From sequence record LT960552.1: a stretch of DNA of 64,000 nt; one strand, written 5' to 3'. Under the pieces are notes generated by a model. The model saw only the letters and a list, made by a program, of their open reading frames with translations, was not told the origin of the DNA and made no database searches. This document shows, piece by piece, positions 34,040 through 44,364 of the stretch (positions are counted from its first letter, which is position 1; each line of letters begins with the position of its first letter). Both the position numbers and the translations under genes were made by a program.

Positions 34040-34215
34040 ATAATACCCTCCTAGTTATTGTACTGTATTTATTTTAAGTACTTTAATTTTCCTTGACATT
34101 TGTCATCAATTTTTGTATAATAGATTTTGAAATGAGAAACCTCCCAATGAAAATTTGAGGGGTTGACAATACATTCATTTGATGTATAATGAATGAAAAT
34201 TAATTGAGGTGATGT

Positions 34216-34794
34216 ATGACACGTTTAATTATCCGTGAAGAAAAAATGAAAATCAGGCTGCATCAAGATGAGGCTGAAGCATTTATGGCTAAAGCCGCAG
34301 CAAAAGCCGAAAAGTACACCAAACTTGCACCGGATGGTAAATCCCCATATGGCTTCAATCATGCACATTCACACTTAGTAGGTATGGCGGCTGAACATGC
34401 CTCATGGATATTGTTTACTGAAATAGAAGAAATGCTTAATATCGATTTAAATATTGATCCAGCATTTCATGATGAACGCCGTGAAGGTGAATGTGATATA
34501 TATGTTGGTGGTAAACGAATTGAAGTAAAAGGTATCAAGTACGGTTCATGGTTACGATTCGGTCCATGTATTAGTGCTCGACAACTACCAAAGATAAAGA
34601 AAAAAGCAGACATTGTATTATGGGCTTTATACAACGAACGTTGCCAAGAATTTACATTTGAAGGATACAATTTAGTATCAGAAATTGATTCAATCCCAAC
34701 TATAATGACTGGTGCTGAAGGTCGTGATAAGATAGAAAACTATCCAGTACTAAGTATCATTAAACCACTACAGGATCTTAAATTTAATGATTAA
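34216..34794 (+). CDS. PD-(D/E)xK restriction-endonuclease-fold protein
   Basis: G..AE..A, CDIYVGGKRIEVKG; two tandem TTGACA/TATAAT promoters upstream. Confidence 0.65.
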   Translation: MTRLIIREEKMKIRLHQDEAEAFMAKAAAKAEKYTKLAPDGKSPYGFNHAHSHLVGMAAEHASWILFTEIEEMLNIDLNIDPAFHDERREGECDIYVGGKRIEVKGIKYGSWLRFGPCISARQLPKIKKKADIVLWALYNERCQEFTFEGYNLVSEIDSIPTIMTGAEGRDKIENYPVLSIIKPLQDLKFND

Positions 34795-34981
34795 AATTAC
34801 AGTAATTAATAAAATTAGTTCAAGTCGAATTAATTATTATTTTAATGAACTACCACGTAAAGACGAGTGGGTATCACTTGATGGTGATTTGTATTCAGTA
34901 CATCAAGTTATTCACTTACCACCTTCAGAATTGGATAATACTGATACTGGTTCTATTGAAATTATTGTTATTCCAGAATAA
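34787..34981 (+). CDS. hypothetical protein
   Basis: ORF track. Confidence 0.6.
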   Translation: MIKITVINKISSSRINYYFNELPRKDEWVSLDGDLYSVHQVIHLPPSELDNTDTGSIEIIVIPE

Positions 34982-34992
34982 GGTGATTTATA

Positions 34993-35298
34993 ATGAAATT
35001 TATTGGTATTATTTTTCTTGGATTAGTTTGTTACATTTTATATGTACAAGATTCTAATGCATCATCACCATCTTATCACAATGCGTATTGTTCTGGATAT
35101 GCATCTAAGATGGCATCTGTTTATCGTTTACAGTACTATCATAAAATGCAAAAGTACTTTGATAATTTAATTGACACAACAGGTAAACCTGAATTTATGT
35201 CTGAATATTATCAATCAGGTGAAGAATCAGTAAAACTTAATGTAGCAGTTTCTCAAAATTTAAATTCAATTTGCGAGAAACAATTTAAAAGGAAATGA
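34993..35298 (+). CDS. hypothetical protein with signal or anchor peptide
   Basis: N-terminal hydrophobic segment. Confidence 0.65.
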   Translation: MKFIGIIFLGLVCYILYVQDSNASSPSYHNAYCSGYASKMASVYRLQYYHKMQKYFDNLIDTTGKPEFMSEYYQSGEESVKLNVAVSQNLNSICEKQFKRK

Positions 35299-35768
35299 TG
35301 ATGTGGCAAATAGTAACCTTTTTTATATTATTTCAAATAATTTTTTCAATGGCTAATAGTTCAATTTTATTACGTTCAATATATGCATTGATATTAGCAA
35401 ACCATTATGGATGGAAATCATTTTTTAAATTTTATGCAGAATCATATTTAATACATGGTCATGCTATTAATAACCATGAACCTTTTCTACCAGAAATTAA
35501 TTCTAAGTTAGAAAGAATTTTATCTGAAGCATTAGCAGGAAAATCTTTTAGTGACATTAAAACAAATTACTATGATAACGATATATATCTCTACCTACAT
35601 AATAATGTAGAAGGTAATAATATAAAATTTTATTATAAATTAGGTAAAATTAACAATCAAGAATATATTCTTACACCTAGTGTATTTTTTATAGCGGATA
35701 AATTAATTAAAAAAATAGAAGAAGAAGAAGAAGCAAAAAAGTTAAAAGAAAAGAAATCTGCAATTTAA
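35295..35768 (+). CDS. membrane-anchored hypothetical protein
   Basis: ORF track. Confidence 0.6.
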   Translation: MMMWQIVTFFILFQIIFSMANSSILLRSIYALILANHYGWKSFFKFYAESYLIHGHAINNHEPFLPEINSKLERILSEALAGKSFSDIKTNYYDNDIYLYLHNNVEGNNIKFYYKLGKINNQEYILTPSVFFIADKLIKKIEEEEEAKKLKEKKSAI

Positions 35769-35830
35769 TATTGACTTTAAAAATTTAGATAGTATAATAA
35801 TTAATATCAACAAATGTGAGGGTTACACTT

Positions 35831-36331
35831 ATGTCAGCAATACTAGCAACCAATATGACCAACAACATGTCAAATCGTGCAGGTTACCTCACTTTCAATC
35901 AAATTATGGATGAAAACTTGATGTACTATACATTTAAAGATTGTATTAAGTACCACCAAGATGGATTTCATAGCTGGATTTGTTATTGGGAAGGTTCACC
36001 AATAGCAGTGAAATGTATTGTTAAAGCGTCAGTACTATCTAATGGCTTTACCAAGATTGCAATTCTATCTAAGGAACTTACCACTATTGATGAGATCGGT
36101 TTGTACCCTTCCAAGAAGTCATGGTGTTTAGGTTATATACTAGATGGAACAACTAAATTCATGACCAACAATGGTGTACAACGTTTTGTTACCACTACAA
36201 TGGTGAATGGATTTCCAGTTGAAACAACCAAAAATGAAATGAAATCATCTGATAATAAAGTACTTTCTGATGCAGAAGTTCAACACTTAAAAGCTGTTAT
36301 TGCAAGCAATTGGGGCTGTACTTTGAAATAA
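35831..36331 (+). CDS. hypothetical protein
   Basis: GAGGG SD; promoter upstream. Confidence 0.65.
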   Translation: MSAILATNMTNNMSNRAGYLTFNQIMDENLMYYTFKDCIKYHQDGFHSWICYWEGSPIAVKCIVKASVLSNGFTKIAILSKELTTIDEIGLYPSKKSWCLGYILDGTTKFMTNNGVQRFVTTTMVNGFPVETTKNEMKSSDNKVLSDAEVQHLKAVIASNWGCTLK

Positions 36332-36370
36332 TATCAATGGGGAGAAATCCCCATATTTTAGGATAATAAA

Positions 36371-36805
36371 ATGAAAAGATCTAACATCAATATCACAATA
36401 TTAATTATAGTAATGGTTGAAATATTTTTAAGTTTAATTAAAGTTAACGATACATACCATTTTGTTAATTATTCAGTAACTAACAAATATATTATGTTAT
36501 TATCAGGTACTTATGTTTTGTTTAATATAATTTCTTCATTTATGTTTTTTAATATTTCAAATGATAAAAAAACGATGCTTCATGTATATGGATATAATAA
36601 GTTCAGCCGATTATACACTTATCATTTTTTAATTTTTTCATTTGTAATGTTTCATTTAGAAAGTTGGGAATTCTGTTTAATGGGTATAAGTTTATTCTTG
36701 ATGTGGAATTATGAACGCAACAAACATAGTGAATACATTAATAAACATAACATCGAAGTACTTAAAGAAGAAGCTAAACATAAACCAGTAGTTACTTTAG
36801 ATTAA
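36371..36805 (+). CDS. membrane protein
   Basis: Multiple hydrophobic segments. Confidence 0.65.
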   Translation: MKRSNINITILIIVMVEIFLSLIKVNDTYHFVNYSVTNKYIMLLSGTYVLFNIISSFMFFNISNDKKTMLHVYGYNKFSRLYTYHFLIFSFVMFHLESWEFCLMGISLFLMWNYERNKHSEYINKHNIEVLKEEAKHKPVVTLD

Positions 36806-36814
36806 GGATATATT

Positions 36815-37243
36815 ATGTTTTCAAATGTAATATCAAAAACATTAGCTTTTTTGTACATAATATTCACTATTACATTGTATGGTCTGCTGGCTAATGTACA
36901 TGGATTACCAACCTTTTTAGCACCACAATGGTTTAAGCTAAGCAACACTTTGTTAGTATCAATTTCATCAATATCAAGTTTTAGTATTATATCAATTTTA
37001 ATGATTCTTTTTGGAATTGATAAACAATCAACCGAAATAAAAGTACAATTATATAATATCATAGGTGATAATGTTTATAGTAAAGGATGGTATATATTAA
37101 TGTTCATATATACTATCATATGTTTTCAGTACGCTTTGTATTGGTATGCATTTGCTTATTTTATGATAGCATTAGGTATATTGTCATTTTATATTTTACA
37201 TAAAAATATCATAAAAAATGCAATGATCACTACATTAAAATAA
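36815..37243 (+). CDS. membrane protein
   Basis: Four hydrophobic segments. Confidence 0.65.
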   Translation: MFSNVISKTLAFLYIIFTITLYGLLANVHGLPTFLAPQWFKLSNTLLVSISSISSFSIISILMILFGIDKQSTEIKVQLYNIIGDNVYSKGWYILMFIYTIICFQYALYWYAFAYFMIALGILSFYILHKNIIKNAMITTLK

Positions 37244-37310
37244 AAAATTGACACGTGTTAAACGGTATGATATAGTACTAGTATAAATTCAATTACAAAT
37301 GGATAATTAA

Positions 37311-37556
37311 ATGGAAATTTCAAAATTAGTTTCTATTATTAAAGAAAAAGAATTAGAGATTCAGGAACAGCGTAATACAATTAAACAACTATATGAGGAT
37401 AACATGGCACGTTTTTCTGTGTCTAAAAATATTATCACTCCAGAAATTAATGAAAATTATAAAAAAATTGATAGTACTTTTAGTGCTAAAGCTAAACTTG
37501 AAGCAGGTGTTCGTAGTTTACAAAAACAAATTCTTTGTAATTTATTGGAGGAATAA
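37311..37556 (+). CDS. coiled-coil hypothetical protein
   Basis: ORF track. Confidence 0.65.
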   Translation: MEISKLVSIIKEKELEIQEQRNTIKQLYEDNMARFSVSKNIITPEINENYKKIDSTFSAKAKLEAGVRSLQKQILCNLLEE

Positions 37557-37558
37557 TC

Positions 37559-38182
37559 ATGCCAAGGTATAGTGCAGCAAAAACAGAAGTAGCCCGTAAG
37601 TTAAGTACTAGTAAGTATCGTTACTCTAGTATCTTTCCTACTGCATTATCACAACTAGACCATATCTTTTTTGTGATTGGCAATGGAATGAGTTTTGAAC
37701 AAAAAGAAGGTGTATATTTCCAAAATTATTGTATTGAAATGGCAAAAAGTGAGAGAAATATCAAGATTGAACGTTGTCATGAACAAATGAGAAAATTGCG
37801 TGATATAGTTGGGGATGCTGGTTCACGCTTTGATAACATATATCTAGAAGAAATTAAAGAACTTGAACAAGATTATGTTCAAATGCCAGTCAGTTATTAT
37901 TTTGATGCAGATGCTATGGCGGCTGAGCAAATTTCTTATAATGAAACTGCACAGTACAAACTTACTCCATACCCTGTTTGTGAGTACTCAATTATTACGC
38001 ATGTTAACCATAAAAGCAATAAAACTACTTTAGCATTAGCAATTGCTTGTACTAAAGGCTGGTTGAAAGTTGTTCAGCATGAACTTAATGTAGAACAAAA
38101 CGAAGAACAGAAAACAATAATTGAGAAATGGATTGTTTTCTTTAATGAAACTATTGAACGTTTGGAGAATAAAAATGCTTAA
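37559..38182 (+). CDS. hypothetical protein
   Basis: GGAGG SD. Confidence 0.7.
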   Translation: MPRYSAAKTEVARKLSTSKYRYSSIFPTALSQLDHIFFVIGNGMSFEQKEGVYFQNYCIEMAKSERNIKIERCHEQMRKLRDIVGDAGSRFDNIYLEEIKELEQDYVQMPVSYYFDADAMAAEQISYNETAQYKLTPYPVCEYSIITHVNHKSNKTTLALAIACTKGWLKVVQHELNVEQNEEQKTIIEKWIVFFNETIERLENKNA

Positions 38183-38297
38183 ACCATTAATCCTGTTAAT
38201 CGTAGTACTGGCAATCGGTGTTGGTATCGGTTATAATGTTGGACAAAAAGCTCCATCTGCTGGTGATTGCTTAAACTCACTAATTGGGAAATAACAA

Positions 38298-38777
38298 ATG
38301 AAAATCAGTACTAATTCGTGGCATTACAAAATGAATGAGTATGTATATGATATGTTGAATAAAAATATATCAAACTCATTATGTGGTTATTTTTGGCAAA
38401 CAGTGTTTGCTCCTATCATAACATTAACAATTGTTCTTTTAGGGTTAGTTGTTATTTCCATACTAAGTTGGGGAGCATTTTATCTTGTAGGTGCACTATT
38501 CTCCAATTTTTTAGTTTGGATCAACGTTTTACCAGAATCGTTCCAGTTACTAAAAAAAGTATTCAACTGGCGGTTCATTCCAATGTCAATACTTTTTGAT
38601 GTATTAGTAGTTGGTGTATTTTATAGTAAGCACAAATATTCTTCTTATAAAGAACGTAAAATTGAAGAAGCTAAAGAAAAAGGTATACAGATTGATTCTA
38701 AACCATTATTGGTGGTTGAGTATATCAAAGCTAAGAAACGTAAAATTTGTCCATTGATTGAATTTACTAAAGATTAA
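38298..38777 (+). CDS. membrane protein
   Basis: ISTNSWHY..SLCGYFW then TM segments. Confidence 0.7.
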   Translation: MKISTNSWHYKMNEYVYDMLNKNISNSLCGYFWQTVFAPIITLTIVLLGLVVISILSWGAFYLVGALFSNFLVWINVLPESFQLLKKVFNWRFIPMSILFDVLVVGVFYSKHKYSSYKERKIEEAKEKGIQIDSKPLLVVEYIKAKKRKICPLIEFTKD

Positions 38778-38843
38778 TATCAAAATTATAGTACTAGAAA
38801 TTAGTCTAGTACTTTTTAAGTTAATATAAAACAGGGGGTCATT

Positions 38844-39185
38844 ATGGCTCTATATAAAAAAGGTGATGAAGTTTGTTTTTTATATGAAAATAAAATTCTA
38901 ACTGGTATCATTAAAACCACTGGTAAATTGTATGGAATAACCATACCATCCGGTGAAGTACTATACGCTAGCTTAAAATATATAGCAGCCATCGATGCTA
39001 AATTTAGTATCGTTGAATCAGATCCGATTTTTTCAAATCATAAAAATCTAAGAATTGATTTTACTACATATCTATCAAGAAATAAAACATGGGAAAATTG
39101 GGTTAATAAAGAATCTTGGATACAAGAAGCATTTGATCCAATTAATTTATGTCTTAAAGTTACAATATATGGATTGGAGATTTAA
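38844..39185 (+). CDS. hypothetical protein
   Basis: ORF track. Confidence 0.65.
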   Translation: MALYKKGDEVCFLYENKILTGIIKTTGKLYGITIPSGEVLYASLKYIAAIDAKFSIVESDPIFSNHKNLRIDFTTYLSRNKTWENWVNKESWIQEAFDPINLCLKVTIYGLEI

Positions 39186-39186
39186 C

Positions 39187-39735
39187 ATGTTTAAAAAAGG
39201 TGATTGGGTTGAATTAGTAGATGTTGAAGGTTTTAAAAACTCACATAATCAAAACAAAGAACTAATTGAAGCTATGAAAGGATTTCCAATTCAATTAACT
39301 AATTTTACTATAAATGGTGATGTTGACCAACTTAAAACACATGATGGTAACACTTCTCTTATTGGTATATATGAAAGAGAATTGATTAGGTATTTTAAAT
39401 TAATAAAGTCACATAGTGAATTTGGTTCGTTTAAATTAATTATTACTTATATCGAAAATGGTAAAACCATTGAAGAAGAAGGGGTTAATTATATCCAACT
39501 TAGTAATGAACAGGTATCGTATACGTTTAATCGAAAAAAACTTGGATTCATTACATACAAAGGTGAAATTACCTTAAAAATTGACGATCTTAAACAAATT
39601 ACTATAAGTACACCACAATATGAACGAGTGTTTCATATTGAAAATGGTAAAGTTATTCGTGAACATATAATGTATGATAATGAACGTACATTTAGTTCAT
39701 TTTCTTTACAAGGCAACAACGGTAAAATGAACTAA
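39187..39735 (+). CDS. hypothetical protein
   Basis: GGAG SD. Confidence 0.65.
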   Translation: MFKKGDWVELVDVEGFKNSHNQNKELIEAMKGFPIQLTNFTINGDVDQLKTHDGNTSLIGIYERELIRYFKLIKSHSEFGSFKLIITYIENGKTIEEEGVNYIQLSNEQVSYTFNRKKLGFITYKGEITLKIDDLKQITISTPQYERVFHIENGKVIREHIMYDNERTFSSFSLQGNNGKMN

Positions 39736-39747
39736 AAGGTTTATAAT

Positions 39748-40017
39748 ATGGTATTCATAAAAGTACAGAATACATTTGAACATAAGTTTATAAAAATTGA
39801 TAAATGGAATACTCCAGTACTTACAATTAGTATTGATAGTGCATATAAATTTGAATCATTAAATTCTGCTATTGAATTCATTAGTAAATTTAATTTAGTA
39901 AAAACATCATATGTTCATCAAATATATGATTGTAGTACTGATAAATTACTTGCAACTTGTACATTAGTCCGAGATAATACCGGTAAATTTATCGTTGGTG
40001 TTCAATTACAAAAATAA
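39748..40017 (+). CDS. hypothetical protein
   Basis: ORF track. Confidence 0.6.
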   Translation: MVFIKVQNTFEHKFIKIDKWNTPVLTISIDSAYKFESLNSAIEFISKFNLVKTSYVHQIYDCSTDKLLATCTLVRDNTGKFIVGVQLQK

Positions 40018-40234
40018 AAAAAATCACTTGACATGTTTGGTCTAAGCTGGCATAATTAAGTCTCTAAAGAAGAACATTTCGATTAACTAAAATGAGGATT
40101 GAACGAAAATGTAACAGTTCAACTATAACTTTAATAAATCAAGAAATATCAAACTAGTTCATGTCATGTTGCAGTACTGGAAGCATAATTTTGGCGTATC
40201 ATCACATTATATAAGACAAAAAATCTTGTATAAT

Positions 40235-40565
40235 GGGGTCACGAGGGGATTATCAGCAGAACTTTGTATGAATTGAAATTCGACCACTTACAACAGGTGG
40301 ATTAAGCTTCAAGATAGCTTTCCCTAAAAATGATAGGGTTCCAGTAAAAAAATCTAGGCTGGAGAGAATTTCAAACAAATATTTGTGGTACAACGTAGGT
40401 ATCACACTCCTTTCGAGGATGGCTTGAGAAGCGATATTTGTAGAACAATCCAAACATTGTTCATAATATACTTGCACTACTACGAAGTTTAATATTATAA
40501 TCAGTTTGGTGATAAATGATGTTAAGCGAATAATCAACAGGTGGCTGAAATATCAGCCACCAACT
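40235..40565 (+). ncRNA. structured non-coding RNA (~330 nt), unknown family
   Basis: Long-range pairs, multi-hairpin junction, terminal 9-bp hairpin GGTGGCTGA/TCAGCCACC. Confidence 0.65.
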
Positions 40566-40592
40566 TTAAAATTTTAATTTAGAGTAATTTTT

Positions 40593-40973
40593 ATGAATGA
40601 TGAACGATCAGATAAACTTTTTTTGATAGCTTTATTAATTATGGTTTTATCAATGATAGCATTTGCAGGTTACGGAATTTGGACAACTAAAGTTGAACTG
40701 GCTTCCAGAACAAATACTTACCATAGAACTGCAATTGTTGTTGACGTTTACAATCATTTGAGTTATAGTGAACGTCATGGGAAACGGTCAGAGCAGTTTA
40801 CTCCCATCAAGATAAAAGAAGGTAGTGAGTATACAGAATTTGCATTTGAAGGTAAGCCCACAGTCGGAAATCTACTATTTAAAGATTGCTGGACTGATGC
40901 AAAAGGGTTATCATGGTGTAAATCAGAATGGTCATACACATTTGAGTATCAAAATTTAAGTGAGGATAATTAA
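40593..40973 (+). CDS. membrane-anchored hypothetical protein
   Basis: N-terminal TM. Confidence 0.65.
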   Translation: MNDERSDKLFLIALLIMVLSMIAFAGYGIWTTKVELASRTNTYHRTAIVVDVYNHLSYSERHGKRSEQFTPIKIKEGSEYTEFAFEGKPTVGNLLFKDCWTDAKGLSWCKSEWSYTFEYQNLSEDN

Positions 40974-41140
40974 TATGAAAGAATATATTGTTGAATACTT
41001 TATGCCAAAAAGTTCAGTCCCAATGGCAACACGCACATTTGCACATTCAGAAGCCAATGCACGTGCAGCAGCAAAGAAAGAAAAAGGGAATGACATTATT
41101 ATTCGCAGTACTCGCTTAGTATAATAAGCGTTAAAAATTT

Positions 41141-41165
41141 AAAAGCCAGTTCATTCTGGCTTTTT
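41141..41165 (+). terminator. intrinsic terminator
   Basis: AAAAGCCAG-TTCATT-CTGGCTTTTT. Confidence 0.75.
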
Positions 41166-41209
41166 CTATTGGAAAAAATCAATTGTTGCATTTTTGTACG
41201 GAGATAAAT

Positions 41210-42202
41210 GTGAGCATTAAAAAACTAAACTTAGATGAAATTCAGGATGAGATTCTAGACGAGTGCTTTGAAAATGATGATAAAACACTTGACTCATTAG
41301 TAATCGATGAAGATGATTTCGATAATGAAAGTACTGAAGAAGTTATCGATAATGGTTTAACAATGGATAAAATTAAATCTAAAGTTAAATCAGATCAATA
41401 CGTCAGTAATGAAGATTTAGTTCGTAAAGTTCAAAACAATATTGATGTTGAACGTTCTAAAGAACTTCTTATCATGTTTAATAGTGGTTTGGTTTACAAT
41501 GAAGCAAAAAACTGTACTTGTAACATTCCATTTCAAGATAAAGTTCAATACGGTTTCGAAGGTCTAATCAAAGCCATTCATGGTTTTAATACTAATTTTA
41601 AAACACTTTTTAGTACTTATGCTACAACTGCAATCCGTCAGCATATGTATCGTAATGGAAATAACGATGTGCGTATGGTCGCATTACCTGAGCATCTTTC
41701 TATGTTCAATATCCGCATCCAAGGCTTCATAGAGAGGTCAATGAATGATGCTGGTGGCTACCCTACTCATGAGCAAATCGCCGCTGGTACTGGCATTGAC
41801 ATACGTTCAGTTAAGCGTATAATGAACTACAACAGCAACACATTCAGCATTGATACCCCTATGGTACGTGGTGGTGATGAGGGGTCACAGCAGACTCTTA
41901 AAGATATGATTGCAGGGGATAGTGCGGATTACTTTGTTGATGAACGTTGTGTCAGTAAAGATTTTCTAAGTACTATGGATGAAATATTGAATGAACTACT
42001 TGAACATGAGCGAGTACTTATCGGCTTAGTTCATGGATTAGATGGATATCGTACACATACTTTCGATGAAATTATTAGTACGGGATACATTGATAGTAAT
42101 GGTTCATATGTTACTTCAAAGGCTACACTATCCCGCCGTTATAACAATATAATGGATAAAGTGCGTCGAATTGTGGAACGTAAAGAAATAAGTTTTGATT
42201 AA
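41210..42202 (+). CDS. RNA polymerase sigma70-family factor
   Basis: Region 2 (QYGFEGLIKAIHGF..FSTYATTAIRQ), region 3 (PTHEQIA), region 4 HTH; GTG start after GGAG. Confidence 0.88.
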   Translation: MSIKKLNLDEIQDEILDECFENDDKTLDSLVIDEDDFDNESTEEVIDNGLTMDKIKSKVKSDQYVSNEDLVRKVQNNIDVERSKELLIMFNSGLVYNEAKNCTCNIPFQDKVQYGFEGLIKAIHGFNTNFKTLFSTYATTAIRQHMYRNGNNDVRMVALPEHLSMFNIRIQGFIERSMNDAGGYPTHEQIAAGTGIDIRSVKRIMNYNSNTFSIDTPMVRGGDEGSQQTLKDMIAGDSADYFVDERCVSKDFLSTMDEILNELLEHERVLIGLVHGLDGYRTHTFDEIISTGYIDSNGSYVTSKATLSRRYNNIMDKVRRIVERKEISFD

Positions 42203-42213
42203 GAGGGAAAATT

Positions 42214-42705
42214 ATGAGCCGTCGTGGTAAAATCAGTACTATTCTAAATTATACAATTGATGAATTAGTTCAAATGATGATGTCAAATGATATTCTTAAA
42301 GAAAACATTCGGTTATATCAAAAGAACTACAACATGAATGAAATTACCAAACGTCATGCTATGGCGGCATATAAAGCTTTCAAAAAATATAAGAAACAAG
42401 TACGAGATGAAGAAAAAATCAAACGTATAAAATTAAACAAAGAACTACGTATAATGAAATACAACGAGGATAATCCATTATCATTTCGTTATCGTACAGT
42501 TGAAGAAATTTATGTTCTTATTCGTGATAACCAATCATGTTTTAATTTAGCATGGAACTATGTATCACCATGTAAAACAAAAACAAAATTGGAACCGTTG
42601 TTAATAGAGCGTACTCGCAAAGCATTAGTACGCTATTATAAAAAGAAAGACCGTAACAATCCAAAACTTAAAAAATTATTGGATCGAGATCCAGCTAACA
42701 TATAA
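42214..42705 (+). CDS. basic hypothetical protein
   Basis: ORF track. Confidence 0.7.
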   Translation: MSRRGKISTILNYTIDELVQMMMSNDILKENIRLYQKNYNMNEITKRHAMAAYKAFKKYKKQVRDEEKIKRIKLNKELRIMKYNEDNPLSFRYRTVEEIYVLIRDNQSCFNLAWNYVSPCKTKTKLEPLLIERTRKALVRYYKKKDRNNPKLKKLLDRDPANI

Positions 42706-42710
42706 TAAAA

Positions 42711-42743
42711 GGGTTGACTTCGGTCAGCCCTTTTTGCTATACT
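42711..42743 (+). promoter_or_regulatory. terminator hairpin overlapping a sigma70-like promoter
   Basis: GGGTTGAC-TTCG-GTCAGCCC-TTTTT with TTGACT in 5' arm and TGc-TATACT downstream. Confidence 0.7.
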
Positions 42744-42773
42744 CCCTGTACTGACAGCAAAGAGGGTAAGACA

Positions 42774-43013
42774 ATGAATAACGACAATGAAATCACCATT
42801 AAGTTGAAAAAATTTGATGGCACTGAATCATCATGTGACACTTTGTACAGTAATTCTTTGTATGATGATTCATTTAAAGTACGAACAATATATGATGATA
42901 TTGTTAATGTTAATTTTGGATGGGAGCAAGGGCGTGGGAATAACTATCGCTTTTATGTCAACGATACGAAATATTATCTACCAGATGAAATTACGCATAT
43001 AGAAGTAAAATAA
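42774..43013 (+). CDS. hypothetical protein
   Basis: GAGGG SD. Confidence 0.6.
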   Translation: MNNDNEITIKLKKFDGTESSCDTLYSNSLYDDSFKVRTIYDDIVNVNFGWEQGRGNNYRFYVNDTKYYLPDEITHIEVK

Positions 43014-43040
43014 AATGTTCTAATTGGGAGTGCTGGAAGC

Positions 43041-43226
43041 ATGAATTCAAATCGCAAGTTCACAATAGCCTTTTGGGGAGGTCAAGCAATAGGTGCAGTA
43101 GGCGTTGCGATGGGCTGTTATTTCATGATGGAGTTCAACAACTTTTGGTACTTCGTCGGGACAGCACTTGCTGGTTTACTGTGTGCTTTTATTTTCATTA
43201 ACTTTATGTACAGGAAGAAAAAATGA
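43041..43226 (+). CDS. small membrane protein
   Basis: Two TM segments. Confidence 0.6.
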   Translation: MNSNRKFTIAFWGGQAIGAVGVAMGCYFMMEFNNFWYFVGTALAGLLCAFIFINFMYRKKK

Positions 43227-43480
43227 CTATCGTTCATGAGTACGCTGTGGTAGACAATACTACTGAACAAGTGATTGGTAAGTACGTTGGTACAAAACCA
43301 TCAAAGATGCAGAACATTCCTTATACTTTGATGAAAACTACCAGTACTGGTAGTACCACACAACAAGGTACTGCATTCTTAACTAAAGCCCAAAAGTTTT
43401 GGAATGTAGTATCTGATCCACTGTATCTGGTATCACCAGAACAAAATCGCACATCATTAAAGTTGGAAGGGTTCATCTAA
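43223..43480 (+). CDS. hypothetical protein
   Basis: Coupled ORF. Confidence 0.65.
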   Translation: MTIVHEYAVVDNTTEQVIGKYVGTKPSKMQNIPYTLMKTTSTGSTTQQGTAFLTKAQKFWNVVSDPLYLVSPEQNRTSLKLEGFI

Positions 43481-43740
43481 TGGCAATTGGATTTGGTTCT
43501 TGTGATAACTTTCAGGAAACAATTCAGGCTACAGTGGATAATGGCATTGACTTTGCTCGTTCACAATTACCTACTGGTGAATCTGAAAAGTTATGTTTAG
43601 ACTGTGGAAATGAAATACCACAAAAACGTAGGGAAGTACTAAAAGGTGTTAAGTACTGTGTGAACTGTCAAAGTACTAAAGATACTAAGATCAGTTCAAT
43701 GTATAATCGTCGTGGATCTAAAGATTCACAATTGAGGTAA
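43480..43740 (+). CDS. TraR/DksA-family C4 zinc-finger protein (YbiI-like)
   Basis: CLDCGNEIPQKRREVLKGVKYCVNCQ. Confidence 0.88.
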   Translation: MAIGFGSCDNFQETIQATVDNGIDFARSQLPTGESEKLCLDCGNEIPQKRREVLKGVKYCVNCQSTKDTKISSMYNRRGSKDSQLR

Positions 43741-43743
43741 TAA

Positions 43744-44016
43744 ATGACACATTTAAATAAAAGCAATCTTGTTGAAAACCATTCAAATATTTTGGAATTT
43801 GAATATAATGGTTGTACTTTCTACCGTAATTCAAAACTTCGTCGTTTCCTGAATGAACTATTTGGTGCTACATTAGTAGCAGTTTACAGTACTAATAAAG
43901 ATTCAGACACAAATCATGGGTTAGATTGGAGTGGTGAGGATATAGTAACTGTAACTGCAAATGGTGTTGTTTCACATCTTGGTAACTCTGAGTGGGCACA
44001 TTTTACTAAACTTTAA
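43744..44016 (+). CDS. hypothetical protein
   Basis: GAGG SD. Confidence 0.65.
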   Translation: MTHLNKSNLVENHSNILEFEYNGCTFYRNSKLRRFLNELFGATLVAVYSTNKDSDTNHGLDWSGEDIVTVTANGVVSHLGNSEWAHFTKL

Positions 44017-44035
44017 TAAATTTATAGGTTCTTAT

Positions 44036-44347
44036 ATGTTAGAAGGTTTCACTAAAGTTGGTTCTGGTCATAGTCATAATAATGTACTACCAAAAGAAAG
44101 TGGTGCATACAATGTGGTAATTATATCACGTGATGGACTTCCTGTTATTCAAGTAATGTACTTTGATAAAAATGCAGCAGATCGTTTTGAACGTGATCGT
44201 CAATGGATATATTTTAAAATTTCAGAGTATGGCTACTTCGACCATCAGCGTACCAATGGAGAATCCATTGATGCGTGGAAGAAAATTGAAGGTATTAATC
44301 TTAAAATTATTCCTGAAAAAATTGAAATTACATTCAACAGTATTTAA
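44036..44347 (+). CDS. hypothetical protein
   Basis: ORF track. Confidence 0.6.
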   Translation: MLEGFTKVGSGHSHNNVLPKESGAYNVVIISRDGLPVIQVMYFDKNAADRFERDRQWIYFKISEYGYFDHQRTNGESIDAWKKIEGINLKIIPEKIEITFNSI

Positions 44348-44364
44348 ATTACTGATGAATAATA

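Noticed and set aside
40235-40565. tmRNA assignment
   Set aside because: No 3' T-arm/acceptor/CCA and no clear tag reading frame; kept only as an unknown ncRNA.
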